Notes: generated by a model from the sequence alone, not told the origin. A stretch of 64,000 bases of DNA from an archaeon (GCA_041659525.1 JBAZYC010000001.1:321775-385774), one strand, 5' to 3'; positions 1-9,863 are shown, numbered from the stretch's first letter. Numbers and translations: made by a program.

Positions 1-58
1 TCTTGAGCATTCTTTTCTTGTTGTGCTTGCTTCAATTCTTCTTCTTTTAATTTTACCA
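1..58 (-). CDS. 5' end of next ribosomal-protein gene (probably uL23), runs off the window
   Basis: ATG at 58-56 on the minus strand, 17 nt downstream of the uL4 stop. It reads MVKLKEEELKQAQQEKNAQ. The uL23 call rests only on the conserved uL3-uL4-uL23 order. Confidence 0.35.
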
Positions 59-75
59 TAAAAATCACATTTCAA

Positions 76-1002
76 TTATTTCTTTACAACCTTAGCTGCA
101 ACTTTTGGTGCAACTTTTTTTGCCTGCACTTTAGGTGCTGCTTTAACTTTTTCAGCTTTAACTTCAACTTCTTCCTCATCATCATCAGTTTCATTAACAA
201 CTGTTCTTGATTTTCCAAGTTCTTCAACAGCTGATTTTGTCCAAACAACTAATCTTCCAGCTTCTGCACCTGGTGCTAATAAATCAACGTTTAGTGATTG
301 TGTTGTTACTGCTTCTACTCCTGGTAAATTTCTTGATGCTTTTAATAATGGAGAATTTTTTCCAACAACTATCAAAACACTTTTCTTTCCTTTCCAAACT
401 CTTCCTCTTGATTTTCCTCTTCCTGCTCTTCTTCTAATTTTGTCTTTAGCATTTTCTAAATCTTTTCCAACACCAACTTTGTTTAATACTTCAACAACTT
501 CAGCTGTTTTTGCAACGCTTTCAAATTTGTCTTCAACAATTATTGGTAATTCTTTATCAAAAATAAATCTTAATGCAACTAATTTCTTATCGTTTGTTGC
601 TGCGATTGCACTCTTTAATGCAAGTCTTCTTTCTTTCTTATTAATTTTTTCAACAATAGTTTCCCAAGCTTTAAGGCCGTGTGCTCTATGTCCTCCAACA
701 GATTGTGGAACGTAAGCAACTCTTCCGTATAAAACTGCTCCTCTATTTTGCATTCTTGGTAATCTTGCGTGTTCAACATTAATTGTTCTTCTGTAAGCTG
801 GTACTCCTCTGTATCCGAAGTAATCCGCAGTGTTTTTCTTTCCTGCTCTTTGATCATTTCCTTTTGGTTGTTTCTTTGTAGTTTGAAGTGCAAGTGCAGC
901 TCTTTTGATTAATTTTGGTTTGTATTCTGTTTCGAATACTGAAGGTAATTCTAAAGATCCTTTTACTGATCCATCCATTCCAAGTACGTTTGCTTTCATC
1001 AT
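76..1002 (-). CDS. rpl4: 50S ribosomal protein uL4
   Basis: 308-aa ORF with archaeal uL4-like segments (RAGKKNTADYFGYRG, GGHRAHGLKAW, RRAGRGKSRGRVWKGKKS). It lies directly after uL3 and has a ~55-aa acidic then Lys/Ala-rich C-terminal tail. Confidence 0.9.
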   Translation of the reverse strand: MMKANVLGMDGSVKGSLELPSVFETEYKPKLIKRAALALQTTKKQPKGNDQRAGKKNTADYFGYRGVPAYRRTINVEHARLPRMQNRGAVLYGRVAYVPQSVGGHRAHGLKAWETIVEKINKKERRLALKSAIAATNDKKLVALRFIFDKELPIIVEDKFESVAKTAEVVEVLNKVGVGKDLENAKDKIRRRAGRGKSRGRVWKGKKSVLIVVGKNSPLLKASRNLPGVEAVTTQSLNVDLLAPGAEAGRLVVWTKSAVEELGKSRTVVNETDDDEEEVEVKAEKVKAAPKVQAKKVAPKVAAKVVKK

Positions 1003-1014
1003 TTATCACTCAAA

Positions 1015-2043
1015 TTAATTCTTAATTATCATTTTGTCAACTGTTTGTAATTGTACTCCAACTTGTTGAGCTGGTCTTAAACTTTTTCTAAATGCAACGC
1101 ATCTTTTAATTGTTCCAGGTAATGAACCGAATATTAATGCAAATTCTCCTTGAACCATTCCAAAGTTACTAAATCCACCAGTTGGATTAACTGATGCAAC
1201 ATCTTTTGAAATTTTAATAAGTTTTTTGTTAACTTCAGTTCTGTTGTGGTAACCCATTTGTCCTGGTCTTGCTACTGTCCACATTACTGTTGCTGGGTGC
1301 CATGGTCCGATTGATCCAACTACTCTTTGTTTTTTGTTCTTTGGTCTAAGTGATCGTACCCCGAATCTTTTTACAGGTCCTTGGAATCCTTTTCCTTTTG
1401 TTACTGCTTTAACGTCAAGGAATTCTCCTTCTTTGAATACTTCTTCAAGTGCAACTTCTTTTCCAAGTTTTTCTTTAGCATAAGCTAATTGTTGTTCCTT
1501 TGTTCCGCCTAAAAATAATTCACTTATTTCAGGAGTTTTTTTGAAAGAAGGATTTGTGTGAACTAAAAGAGTAAAGTACTCTATATCAGCAATTTCTTTT
1601 TCAAAATCAGCCATTGTGTAAATATCAGCGTTGTTTTTAACTTCAGCTTTAGTAGGAGTTTCTTTTGCTCCATCATTAGATTGTGGTAATTTAAAGTTCA
1701 AAATTTTTCTTCTTAATTCTTTATCAACATTTTCAGCCATTACGTCGCTTAGTGCAGCGAAACCAATTTCTGCTTTAGCATATGCTCTTACTCCGAAAAC
1801 TTTTAGTGGAGCGCATTCTACTACCGTCGCTGGTACTATTACTTCGTGGTTGAATGATGGACTTGCTTTGTGCATGTTTTTTCCTTGTACTTGAATCATT
1901 CCAACTTTGTAACATAAAAAGTTTAACGGTTTTGCTTCTTGTCCTTCTGTAGCATATCCTCTAATTGTAGGAGTTTGTTTTCTTGCTCTTACTCTAGGAT
2001 AGTAGGATTTAGATCCTCTTCTTGGCGCGTTGAATTCTGACAT
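1015..2043 (-). CDS. rpl3: 50S ribosomal protein uL3
   Basis: 342-aa ORF. It shows the archaeal uL3 N-terminus (PRRGSKSYYPRVRA), FQGPVKRFGV and WHPATVMWTVARPGQMGYHNRTE. Confidence 0.92.
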   Translation of the reverse strand: MSEFNAPRRGSKSYYPRVRARKQTPTIRGYATEGQEAKPLNFLCYKVGMIQVQGKNMHKASPSFNHEVIVPATVVECAPLKVFGVRAYAKAEIGFAALSDVMAENVDKELRRKILNFKLPQSNDGAKETPTKAEVKNNADIYTMADFEKEIADIEYFTLLVHTNPSFKKTPEISELFLGGTKEQQLAYAKEKLGKEVALEEVFKEGEFLDVKAVTKGKGFQGPVKRFGVRSLRPKNKKQRVVGSIGPWHPATVMWTVARPGQMGYHNRTEVNKKLIKISKDVASVNPTGGFSNFGMVQGEFALIFGSLPGTIKRCVAFRKSLRPAQQVGVQLQTVDKMIIKN

Positions 2044-2230
2044 TAAATCACGTTTTCAATTTTTCATTCAATTGAGTACTAGTGCTACTTGCACCGTGGC
2101 AAAAACCCTTTTTTAAGAGCTCTTGAACCAAAAAAACAGATTGTTGTTTTTTGGTATTTACAACCCAAAACTCACCAGAGATTTCGTGTCGCAGTGTACT
2201 CAAACTATAACATATTTTTTAAAACAAATC

Positions 2231-2238
2231 TTTATAAA
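2231..2238 (-). promoter_or_regulatory. TATA-box candidate (TTTATAAA) upstream of the uL3 operon
   Basis: The palindromic octamer TTTATAAA lies ~190 nt upstream of the rpl3 ATG. The same octamer recurs at 15320, 17165 and 51674 upstream of other translation operons. Confidence 0.3.
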
Positions 2239-2346
2239 CCTGCTTTCCGCCTTTCCCAATTTTTACCTCGGAGAAGGGATTAACTCTAATTAAAGCCCGT
2301 AAGTCAATTACTGTCAATTACTTACGCGATTACAGGCTTAAATCCT

Positions 2347-4290
2347 CTATTCCTTCACCCACTTTTCTTCTTCTTGGGGTTTAGTTTGTCCACCAGTAAG
2401 CATTGCAACCAAAATTACTGCTGCAACTATTACTAATAAGATTATTCCTAGTGCACTAATGTTTCCGCCAAATGCGAATAATCCTGCAAACCCTCCCTCC
2501 CCACTTGTAGAGAATTCTTTGCTTATTTCTTGCCCATTAGCAGAGAAAGTTACTTTTCCTCTTCCCTCTGTTGCATTAGTTGTTGGAGTTACGTTTACAA
2601 CAAAAACGTTTTTTCCAGGAGAGAGTGAAACAGTTCTATCTGAACTTACCCACCCATTAGGAGTTTGTACTGAAAGTACCCCCAAGAATGATTTTGTTGT
2701 TGGATTATTTACTTCCACAGTTAAAGTTAGTTCTCCAGTGTTAGCATCTTTAGTTGAATTAATTGTCATTATTGCTTGAGTTAGTTCTCCAGTCCCAGTA
2801 TTAGTTATTGCCACCCTTGTAGTTGAAAAATTACATCCTTCTACAACTGGTCTGAAGTTTATTTCTCCACTTGTTGAATTAATTTTTACTTGTAAGTCTC
2901 TGCTTATTGAAGTTTTTTCTGGTAGAGAAATTATTGAAGGGGTTGCTTCTACACTTCCTTCAATGTAAATATCTGCTCTTTTGTTTGTCCCATTAGTTAT
3001 TGTGAATGGAACTGATCCATAATTTTGTACACTTACACTTGTTGGTGCACTTAGTGAGAAAGCACTACAATTAGCTGCTCCGCTCCCAACTTGATTTATT
3101 ACATTTATGTTAAATGTCTTTGGAGTAATACTAGTAAATGAACAAGTTCTTCCATCAGAGAATTGCCCTCTTACTTTTACTGTATTATCATAAGCTCTGT
3201 CTTGTAATACACTTGGAGCTACTGCTCTAAATATAATATCAGAGTATTGTCCTGAGAAAATATATTTCTCATTATAATAATTTGATAATTCTACTCCGTT
3301 GTTTGTTGTTTGTACTTCTAATATTTCAAATCTTTTTGTTGAATCGTTCTTTAGAGTAACACTTAATTTGCTTTCAGTGGATTCATCCATTGAAAAGTTA
3401 TTTGCGCTTATTAAAATATCATCACAATCTGAACTTGTACTATATCCATTGTCATAATAATATCCATCATAGTAGTATCCACTATCATTATTCCCAGTAT
3501 TTTGCACTGTTACACTAAAAGTTTCTCTACCAATATCTGATGTTGAACAATAAGTATTTCCTAAGTATCCTGCTACTTCCATTGTTGAAGTAATAGTACT
3601 ATTACTTGAAACTGTTCCTGCGTTTAATGTTACACTTATTGGTTCGCTTGAGTAAGCTGAAACAATATTGTCATAATTTGTACTTCCTGAATTTATTAAA
3701 GAATTTGTAGAAAGAATATTCATTGTTGTTATTCTAAATTCTTGATTAGTATTATTTTCTATACTAAATGTTCTTGTTGTGCTTCTTGCTTCATCAATTG
3801 TAATATTACTTGTAGAAAGAATTATTCCGCTACAAGAATTATCTTCAATATCTACGTAACTTTCAGTTCTATCAAGTTCTGTTGATCCAACTAAAACTAC
3901 TCCTTCAATTCTATATCTATCATAGTTGTTGTTACTTCCAGTATTGAATTCGTTATCCCATTGTAATTGAACTGTTCCTCGGGCAAGGTCTTGAGATTTT
4001 GTAGAAGTTGTCCTGTATGTTTCCCAACTCGAAGTATTTACATTGTATTTTGAAACAATTGCTTTTGAAGAAATTGTTGATGGACAATCACTACCAGAGT
4101 AACTGTCTATGTAAAAATAATTTTTAATATCAATATCAGTATTTTTTGAGGCTGAGATACTTGAGTAAAAATCAGCTGTTCCTCTTACTTCTGTTGTAAA
4201 AGAACTCAATTCTACGTTGCAAGCCATTGCTCCGCTTAGTAAAATAGTTACTAGAACCAGCATCGAAATTATTCTTGTTTTCAAATCCAT
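2347..4290 (-). CDS. Secreted Ser/Thr/Asn-rich cell-surface protein with C-terminal GLFAFGGN motif plus TM anchor
   Basis: 647-aa ORF with an N-terminal hydrophobic signal (ISMLVLVTILLSGAMAC), many N-x-S/T sequons and scattered Cys pairs. The C-terminus reads GGFAGLFAFGGNISALGIILLVIVAAVILVAMLTGG. A GGGGTGA Shine-Dalgarno-like element precedes the ATG. Confidence 0.6.
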   Translation of the reverse strand: MDLKTRIISMLVLVTILLSGAMACNVELSSFTTEVRGTADFYSSISASKNTDIDIKNYFYIDSYSGSDCPSTISSKAIVSKYNVNTSSWETYRTTSTKSQDLARGTVQLQWDNEFNTGSNNNYDRYRIEGVVLVGSTELDRTESYVDIEDNSCSGIILSTSNITIDEARSTTRTFSIENNTNQEFRITTMNILSTNSLINSGSTNYDNIVSAYSSEPISVTLNAGTVSSNSTITSTMEVAGYLGNTYCSTSDIGRETFSVTVQNTGNNDSGYYYDGYYYDNGYSTSSDCDDILISANNFSMDESTESKLSVTLKNDSTKRFEILEVQTTNNGVELSNYYNEKYIFSGQYSDIIFRAVAPSVLQDRAYDNTVKVRGQFSDGRTCSFTSITPKTFNINVINQVGSGAANCSAFSLSAPTSVSVQNYGSVPFTITNGTNKRADIYIEGSVEATPSIISLPEKTSISRDLQVKINSTSGEINFRPVVEGCNFSTTRVAITNTGTGELTQAIMTINSTKDANTGELTLTVEVNNPTTKSFLGVLSVQTPNGWVSSDRTVSLSPGKNVFVVNVTPTTNATEGRGKVTFSANGQEISKEFSTSGEGGFAGLFAFGGNISALGIILLVIVAAVILVAMLTGGQTKPQEEEKWVKE

Positions 4291-4369
4291 AAGCTCACCC
4301 CAAAATACCTTACTTATGAGTCCCCCAAATAAAAGAACGAGGAGCCAAATATGTATATTGCGTCAAAGC

Positions 4370-4377
4370 TATATAAA
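4370..4377 (-). promoter_or_regulatory. TATA-box candidate for the surface-protein gene
   Basis: The minus strand reads TTTATATA ~80 nt upstream of the ATG at 4290. Confidence 0.3.
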
Positions 4378-4461
4378 TACTTTTCGCTTATTCACGGTAA
4401 CAAGTTACTTTTAAGGGCTTTTTTTCGTCAAAAAGAGAGATTTTAAGTCAAAATAGAGGGT

Positions 4462-4503
4462 AAAAATTAAAAAAATAGAAGAGCTTAGAACCGCTCTAAG
4501 CTC
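4462..4503 (-). terminator. Hairpin plus T-tract terminator after the 4534..5565 gene
   Basis: 8-bp stem gagcttag/ctaagctc (4481-4503), followed on the minus strand by TTCTATTTTTTTAATTTTT. Confidence 0.55.
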
Positions 4504-4533
4504 ACTAAATTAGAACTATTATTTGTTAACTCT

Positions 4534-5565
4534 TTATTTCTTTTTCTTTTTTGCCTGCACTTTTTTAGAAGCAACTCTTTTAGAAACAACTTCTTTTTTA
4601 GCTGAAGAAACTTTTTCTTCAATTGGTGCTTTAGCCTCTTTCTTATTCTTTAGTTCAAAATAAATTGCAATCATTCCAAATGTTTGAATGATTATGAATA
4701 TTGATTGAACAAAAATTGAAGGAATTGTTAGCAAAATTGCTATTGGATTTAATAGTTGACTTAGTGATTGACTAAATGAAACTTCTCCAGTAGTCATGTT
4801 AACAGGACTCATTGCTGTCAAGTACATGCTTAAAGGCATTGATGCAATCCAAGAAACAATCCCAAGAACAAGACCCATAATTAAGAGTACCACTAAAATA
4901 TTTAGTACATTTCCTCTTGAAATATTCCAAGAAGATCTTAGAGAATCCATTATCCCTTTTTCACTTTCAACAAATATTGCTGAAGAAAGGGTTAGTCTTA
5001 GTGAGTTGTAAACCATTACAACAAAATAAGCCATATACAAAAGAAGTGCAATTAACAATAATGATAATCCCACTATCGCTAACAGAGTTGCTCCGTTGTA
5101 AGCTAATACTACTAAAATTAATCCTGCCATAGTTAGGGCTACTGCTGCAATTAAAATCAAAAGTAATCTAAGTTTGAAAATTGAAAACAAAACTGCTAAG
5201 TTTTCAGCAATCATTAATCCAATAAATTTTAGCACTCTACCAAAATTAAATTCAACAAAATCCATTTTCTTTGAATCAAGCGCTTTTGCTATAATAAAGT
5301 AAGAAACTATTGATCCAACTATTATTGAAAACAAAACCATCGCAATAACAAATCCAATAAAATAGAAAATCAAATTTATCGCTTCACCAGTGCCCATTGA
5401 AGAAATATTCCATAATGGACTAAACAAAGCATACATTGCGTAAGATGAAACTAAATTTGTTAAAAAATAGAAAATGAATAGAAAAGCAACGTATTTCCAA
5501 ATACCTTTTTGTTTGAACCAATCAACAAACGCAAAATTTAGTATTCCTTTAAAATCAAAATCCAT
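4534..5565 (-). CDS. Polytopic membrane protein with Lys-rich C-terminal tail (unknown function)
   Basis: 343-aa ORF with about 7-8 hydrophobic segments. The tail reads KKEAKAPIEEKVSSAKKEVVSKRVASKKVQAKKKKK. Confidence 0.55.
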   Translation of the reverse strand: MDFDFKGILNFAFVDWFKQKGIWKYVAFLFIFYFLTNLVSSYAMYALFSPLWNISSMGTGEAINLIFYFIGFVIAMVLFSIIVGSIVSYFIIAKALDSKKMDFVEFNFGRVLKFIGLMIAENLAVLFSIFKLRLLLILIAAVALTMAGLILVVLAYNGATLLAIVGLSLLLIALLLYMAYFVVMVYNSLRLTLSSAIFVESEKGIMDSLRSSWNISRGNVLNILVVLLIMGLVLGIVSWIASMPLSMYLTAMSPVNMTTGEVSFSQSLSQLLNPIAILLTIPSIFVQSIFIIIQTFGMIAIYFELKNKKEAKAPIEEKVSSAKKEVVSKRVASKKVQAKKKKK

Positions 5566-5650
5566 TTTTTGTCCACCCCAATTTTTACTAAAAAAATATT
5601 ATCAGGAACTCTTTATTAACCTCACTTTTTTATAAGGGGGTTTTTGAAAA

Positions 5651-7105
5651 TTAGCCCTTTATGCAAATAAGTGGTTTTAATTTAGCTACTTTTTCACTAA
5701 TACCAGCACCATGCATTACTTGTACTACTGATTCAATTTCTTTGTAAGAATCAGGGGCTTCTTCAGCAAGCCCTTTAGTGGATCTAGCTTTAATTATAAT
5801 TCCTTTTTTTGCTAAAGAATCTAGTAAATCCTGTCCAGTAAATTTTGTTAGTGATTCAGTTCTTGACATGCTTCTTCCTGCCCCGTGAATTGTTGAACCA
5901 AATGTTTCTTGCATTGCTTTAGTTGTCCCTTTTAAAATAAAAGAACTAGTCCCCATTGAGCCACCCACAATTACTGGTTGACCAACTTTTCTATACTTTA
6001 ATGGAACTTCTTTTTGATTAGGACCAAATCCTCTTGTTGCTCCTTTTCTTTGAACTAAAACTTTTTGTTTTTTAGATTCGCCAGAAATGTGTCCAACATA
6101 ATGAGTTTCTATTTTAGCAGTGTTGTGACCAATATCATAAAATGTTTTAACTTCTTTTTCATTAATTTCAAATACCTTCTCAAAAACTCTTTTCACGAGC
6201 ACTCCAATAACTTGTCTATTAGCAAATGCTGCATTTGAACCTGCTTTGATTGCAGAAAAGTATTTTTGCCCTTCTTCACTATTTATTGGAGCACAAACCA
6301 ATGCTCGTTCAGGAATATTAATATTATATTTTTTTACTGCCATATCAAGTATTGGTAAATATTCTGTTCCTATTTGGTGTCCTAGTGCACGAGAACCACA
6401 ATGAATGCTAACAAAAATTCCATTCTCTTTTAATCCAAATGCTTTTGCCGCTCTTTCATCAAAAACTTTTTCTATTTCTTGAACTTCACAATAATGATTT
6501 CCACTTCCTAAGGTCCCTACTTGATCAGTCGCTCTTTCTTTTGCTTTAGTTGAAACACTTTCTGTATCAACTCCTTTTATTTTTCCTTTTTCTTCCATTA
6601 CTTGTAAATCTTTTTTATTTCCAAAACCTTTTTTTACAACATACTCAGCACCGTGTTCAAGTAATTCATCCATTTCAGTTTTATTTAATTTTAATTTTCC
6701 ACCAATTCCTACTCCAGCAGGAATTTCTTTGAATAACATTTCTGCTAACTCTTTTTTCTTTAAAGAAAGTTCTTTAGCAGTAATTGGAACAACTAGTGAG
6801 TGTACTCCACAATTAATATCAAAACCAGTGCTTGCAAAAGTAATTACTCCTTCGTTTAGATTTGAAGCGGTTGCAGTTCCAATCGGCGCTCCATATCCAG
6901 GGTGCATATCAGCTAAGCAAACTGCACCAACTAAACCTGGAAGAGTAGATAAATTTTGAAGTTGCTTTAGAGAATTGTTCGGATTAGTTTCTTCTTTTCT
7001 TAATACAGAAATTATTTCTTCATTAGCGTATATTCGCGGAGCTATCTTCATTGCCCCTTCTTTTGTAAGTTCGTAAACGTTTCGCTTTATTTGTTTTATT
7101 TCCAT
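5651..7105 (-). CDS. rtcB: RNA-splicing ligase RtcB
   Basis: 484-aa ORF with the RtcB metal and GMP-His motifs (DMHPGYGAPIGT, DINCGV, GSGNHYCEVQ, HCGSRALGHQ, IHGAGR). An archease gene is adjacent. Confidence 0.93.
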   Translation of the reverse strand: MEIKQIKRNVYELTKEGAMKIAPRIYANEEIISVLRKEETNPNNSLKQLQNLSTLPGLVGAVCLADMHPGYGAPIGTATASNLNEGVITFASTGFDINCGVHSLVVPITAKELSLKKKELAEMLFKEIPAGVGIGGKLKLNKTEMDELLEHGAEYVVKKGFGNKKDLQVMEEKGKIKGVDTESVSTKAKERATDQVGTLGSGNHYCEVQEIEKVFDERAAKAFGLKENGIFVSIHCGSRALGHQIGTEYLPILDMAVKKYNINIPERALVCAPINSEEGQKYFSAIKAGSNAAFANRQVIGVLVKRVFEKVFEINEKEVKTFYDIGHNTAKIETHYVGHISGESKKQKVLVQRKGATRGFGPNQKEVPLKYRKVGQPVIVGGSMGTSSFILKGTTKAMQETFGSTIHGAGRSMSRTESLTKFTGQDLLDSLAKKGIIIKARSTKGLAEEAPDSYKEIESVVQVMHGAGISEKVAKLKPLICIKG

Positions 7106-7168
7106 TTAATTCACTTTTGAATAATTATTAATTAAATAGAAAGGTTTTTGTTTTGCCCGCTTTGCTCT

Positions 7169-7624
7169 TTAAACATCAATTATGCATTGTGCAATGAATT
7201 GGCCGTTTTTTTCTCCAGCAAATAGTTCAGAATAAGTAGCAGCTTTAGGATCTACTTTTATTGAGTGCTTGTTGTAATTAATTTTTTCTCCAAACATAGT
7301 TGCTTTTAGGGTAACCATTTCGTTTACTTTACCTGTTTCATTCACTATATTTTCTTTCCCTAGTTTTATTCGAAATTTTGCATAAATCATTTTCTTTTTA
7401 TCTTTTATAAAAAGTAGTTCATTAAGAAAACTAACTAATAGTGCTCCATGATCAGTTGCGTTTAATTCAATTATGTGAGATTTTTTTAACATAATAGAAC
7501 TTGGTTCAGCCATTATTGCAGTTAAAGCAAGTGCGCACTCTTCAAATGCTTGATTTAAAGTATTTCCTTTTCCGCGTATTCCAATATCTGCTTTGTGCTC
7601 GAAGTGTTCAAACATAAAAATCAC
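7169..7624 (-). CDS. Archease (RtcB activator)
   Basis: The N-terminus FEHFEHKADIGIRGKG is typical of archease, and the gene lies immediately upstream of rtcB. The likely true start is the ATG at 7615 (MFEHFEH). Confidence 0.85.
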   Translation of the reverse strand: MIFMFEHFEHKADIGIRGKGNTLNQAFEECALALTAIMAEPSSIMLKKSHIIELNATDHGALLVSFLNELLFIKDKKKMIYAKFRIKLGKENIVNETGKVNEMVTLKATMFGEKINYNKHSIKVDPKAATYSELFAGEKNGQFIAQCIIDV

Positions 7625-7662
7625 TTTTTCTTTTCTTTTTATTATTTTTATTTTATCAATTA

Positions 7663-7974
7663 TTATTTTTTTATTATTTTATTTATCTTTTTATTTTCTT
7701 TTTTTATTGATTTTGATTTAATGTGTTTTTCACTCAATATTGAAAATAAGAAATATAATGCTATTATTGCCCAAATAAATTCCAAAAAAATAAATGCCGT
7801 GGAATCTTTTGCAACTGCATAAAGCCCCATTATAACTGAGCCGATGAAATTTAATCCATTAAAAAGAATTGTTCTTCTTTTAGTGTGTTTTTTTGCATTC
7901 AACACAAACGCGATTAGCAAAATAACTAATCCTAATACTCCAAATCCTTCTAGTAAGAAATCCATAATAACCAC
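7663..7974 (-). CDS. Small 3-TM membrane protein (unknown function)
   Basis: 103-aa ORF with three hydrophobic helices and a Lys-rich tail. No family was recognised. Confidence 0.4.
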   Translation of the reverse strand: MVIMDFLLEGFGVLGLVILLIAFVLNAKKHTKRRTILFNGLNFIGSVIMGLYAVAKDSTAFIFLEFIWAIIALYFLFSILSEKHIKSKSIKKENKKINKIIKK

Positions 7975-8072
7975 AAAAGCTAAGGACTTAGAAGTTTTTA
8001 TACTTTAAGTTCAGAACTAAATCAAAAGTTTGTTAAAAAAATTAAAAAAAAGAAAAAAAGAGTTGAAAGGTT

Positions 8073-8384
8073 TTATCCTTTCAAATCAATTTCTAAGTGT
8101 ACACTTTCTGGTATCTCTACTCTCATTACTCTTTTTAGAGTTCTTTCGTCTGCTTGGATATCCAAAATTCTTTTGTATATTCTCATTTGCCATTGTTCGT
8201 AGGATTCTGTTCCTCCTCCACAAGGCCCTTTTCTAGTTGGAATACAAAGTTTTTTAGTTGGTAGAGGAATTTTTCCGGAGTGCTTTGCGCCTGTCCTTTC
8301 TGCAACGTCTAAAATCTTGTTGCATATGTCCTCTAACGTTTCAAAACTAGTACTACTTAATTTTATTCTTGCTGTCTGCATCAA
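8073..8384 (-). CDS. rps10: 30S ribosomal protein uS10
   Basis: 103-aa ORF (ARIKLSSTS...GAKHSGKIPLPTKKL...RIYKRILDI) directly downstream of aEF-1alpha, as in archaeal str clusters. Confidence 0.9.
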   Translation of the reverse strand: MMQTARIKLSSTSFETLEDICNKILDVAERTGAKHSGKIPLPTKKLCIPTRKGPCGGGTESYEQWQMRIYKRILDIQADERTLKRVMRVEIPESVHLEIDLKG

Positions 8385-8414
8385 AACACCCTCTTCTCCA
8401 TTATAAATATTAGG

Positions 8415-8474
8415 ACGGAAACCGGAAAAATCTCCGGTCCCCGTTTTTAATTATTATTTCCAGCTTTGAGCTGG
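8415..8474. other. Two stable hairpins in the tuf-rps10 spacer
   Basis: Hairpin A spans 8415-8444 (acgg..accgga/tccggt..ccgt). Hairpin B spans 8460-8474 (ccagc tttga gctgg). T-tracts follow both hairpins only on the plus strand. Confidence 0.5.
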
Positions 8475-8486
8475 AGTTGTTTTTAT

Positions 8487-9752
8487 TTATGCTTTTTCTA
8501 CTTCTAGTACAACTCCTGCTGCTACTGTTTGTCCCATATCTCTGATTGCGAATCTACCCATTTGTGGGAATTCAGAGAATTTTTCTAGACATACTGGTTT
8601 CATTGGAACAATCTTTACGATTGCTGCGTCTCCAGTCTTCAAGAACTTAGGGTTCTCTTCAACTGTAGCTCCAGTCTTAGGATCCATTCTCTTTCTTAAT
8701 TCAGTCAGAGTCATTGACATTTGTACTGTGTGTATGTGGAACACAGGTGTGTACCCTACAGGGATTGCTGTTGGGTGGTTTAGTACAACGATTTGTGCTA
8801 CGAATGATTTAGCAACTGTTGGTGGACTTGTTACACTTCCAACAACGTCTCCTCTAGTCATGTCTTCAGCACTTAATCCTCTAATTGAGAATCCAATGTT
8901 GTTACCAGGTTTTCCAACTGTTAGTTGTGTGTGGTGTTCTTCTAGAGATTTTACTTCTCCTGTCTTTCCACTTGGCATTACAACTACTTTGTCTCCTGCT
9001 TTAACAGTTCCAGTTTCGATTCTTCCAACTGGAATTGCTCCAACACCCTTGATGTTATAAACATCTTGTAATGGAATTCTTAGTGGTTTGTCAACTGGTG
9101 ATGGTGGTGCTTGTAAATCATCTAAAGTTTCTAGTAATGATTTTCCTGCGTACCATTTCATGTTGTCAGTTTTCTTAACAACGTTATCCCCTCTCCATGA
9201 TGAGATTGGAACAACTTTTACATTGTCAGCTTTGTATCCACTACCTGTAAGTAATTTAGTTACTTCTTCTTTCAAAACTTTATATCTTGCTTCATCGTAA
9301 TTAACTTCGTCCATCTTGTTTAATGCAACAACGATGTGTTTAATCCCCATAACTTGTGCAAGGAAAGCGTGTTCTCTTGTTTGTGGTTGTATACCATCTT
9401 TTGCAGCAACAACTAAAACAGCTACATCAGCTTGACTTGTTCCTGTAATCATGTTCTTTACAAAGTCCTTGTGTCCAGGAGCATCGATAATTGTGAAAGT
9501 GTGGTTCTTTGCTTCAAATTTTTTATAAGAAACATCGATTGTTATTCCTCTTTCTCTTTCTTCTTTTAAGTTATCCATTACATACGCGAATACGAATGTT
9601 CCTTTTCCTCTTGATTTAGCTTCTTCTTCAAGTTTTCTATATTCTTGTTCAGAAAGAGCTCCTCCGTCATAAAGTAATCTACCAACAGTAGTTGATTTAC
9701 CATGATCAACGTGTCCAATAAAAACAACATTGATTAAATCCTTTTCAGCCAT
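8487..9752 (-). CDS. tuf: Translation elongation factor aEF-1alpha
   Basis: 421-aa ORF with GTPase motifs [14 protein letters not shown] and NKMD plus full EF-Tu domains II and III. GGAGGAAT lies upstream of the ATG. Confidence 0.96.
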   Translation of the reverse strand: MAEKDLINVVFIGHVDHGKSTTVGRLLYDGGALSEQEYRKLEEEAKSRGKGTFVFAYVMDNLKEERERGITIDVSYKKFEAKNHTFTIIDAPGHKDFVKNMITGTSQADVAVLVVAAKDGIQPQTREHAFLAQVMGIKHIVVALNKMDEVNYDEARYKVLKEEVTKLLTGSGYKADNVKVVPISSWRGDNVVKKTDNMKWYAGKSLLETLDDLQAPPSPVDKPLRIPLQDVYNIKGVGAIPVGRIETGTVKAGDKVVVMPSGKTGEVKSLEEHHTQLTVGKPGNNIGFSIRGLSAEDMTRGDVVGSVTSPPTVAKSFVAQIVVLNHPTAIPVGYTPVFHIHTVQMSMTLTELRKRMDPKTGATVEENPKFLKTGDAAIVKIVPMKPVCLEKFSEFPQMGRFAIRDMGQTVAAGVVLEVEKA

Positions 9753-9863
9753 ATTAATTCCTCCAATGAACTTTGCTTAATGGTCCTGCGACCACGTGTT
9801 TCGCGTCACACTTCGATTTTGAGCCGTTCACCAGGCAACGCTATTATTCAATTTCTTCTTAGA

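Noticed and set aside
2089-2283. 64-aa basic ORF in the spacer upstream of rpl3
   Set aside because: It has a TTG start and no Shine-Dalgarno-like element. It overlaps the predicted promoter and leader of the rpl3 operon on the opposite strand, and its composition is unlike real small basic proteins.
5651-7105. Inteins in RtcB, aEF-2, the RNAP subunits or PolD
   Set aside because: The lengths match intein-free homologs. No Hint-domain blocks or unexplained insertions appear in the translated frames.
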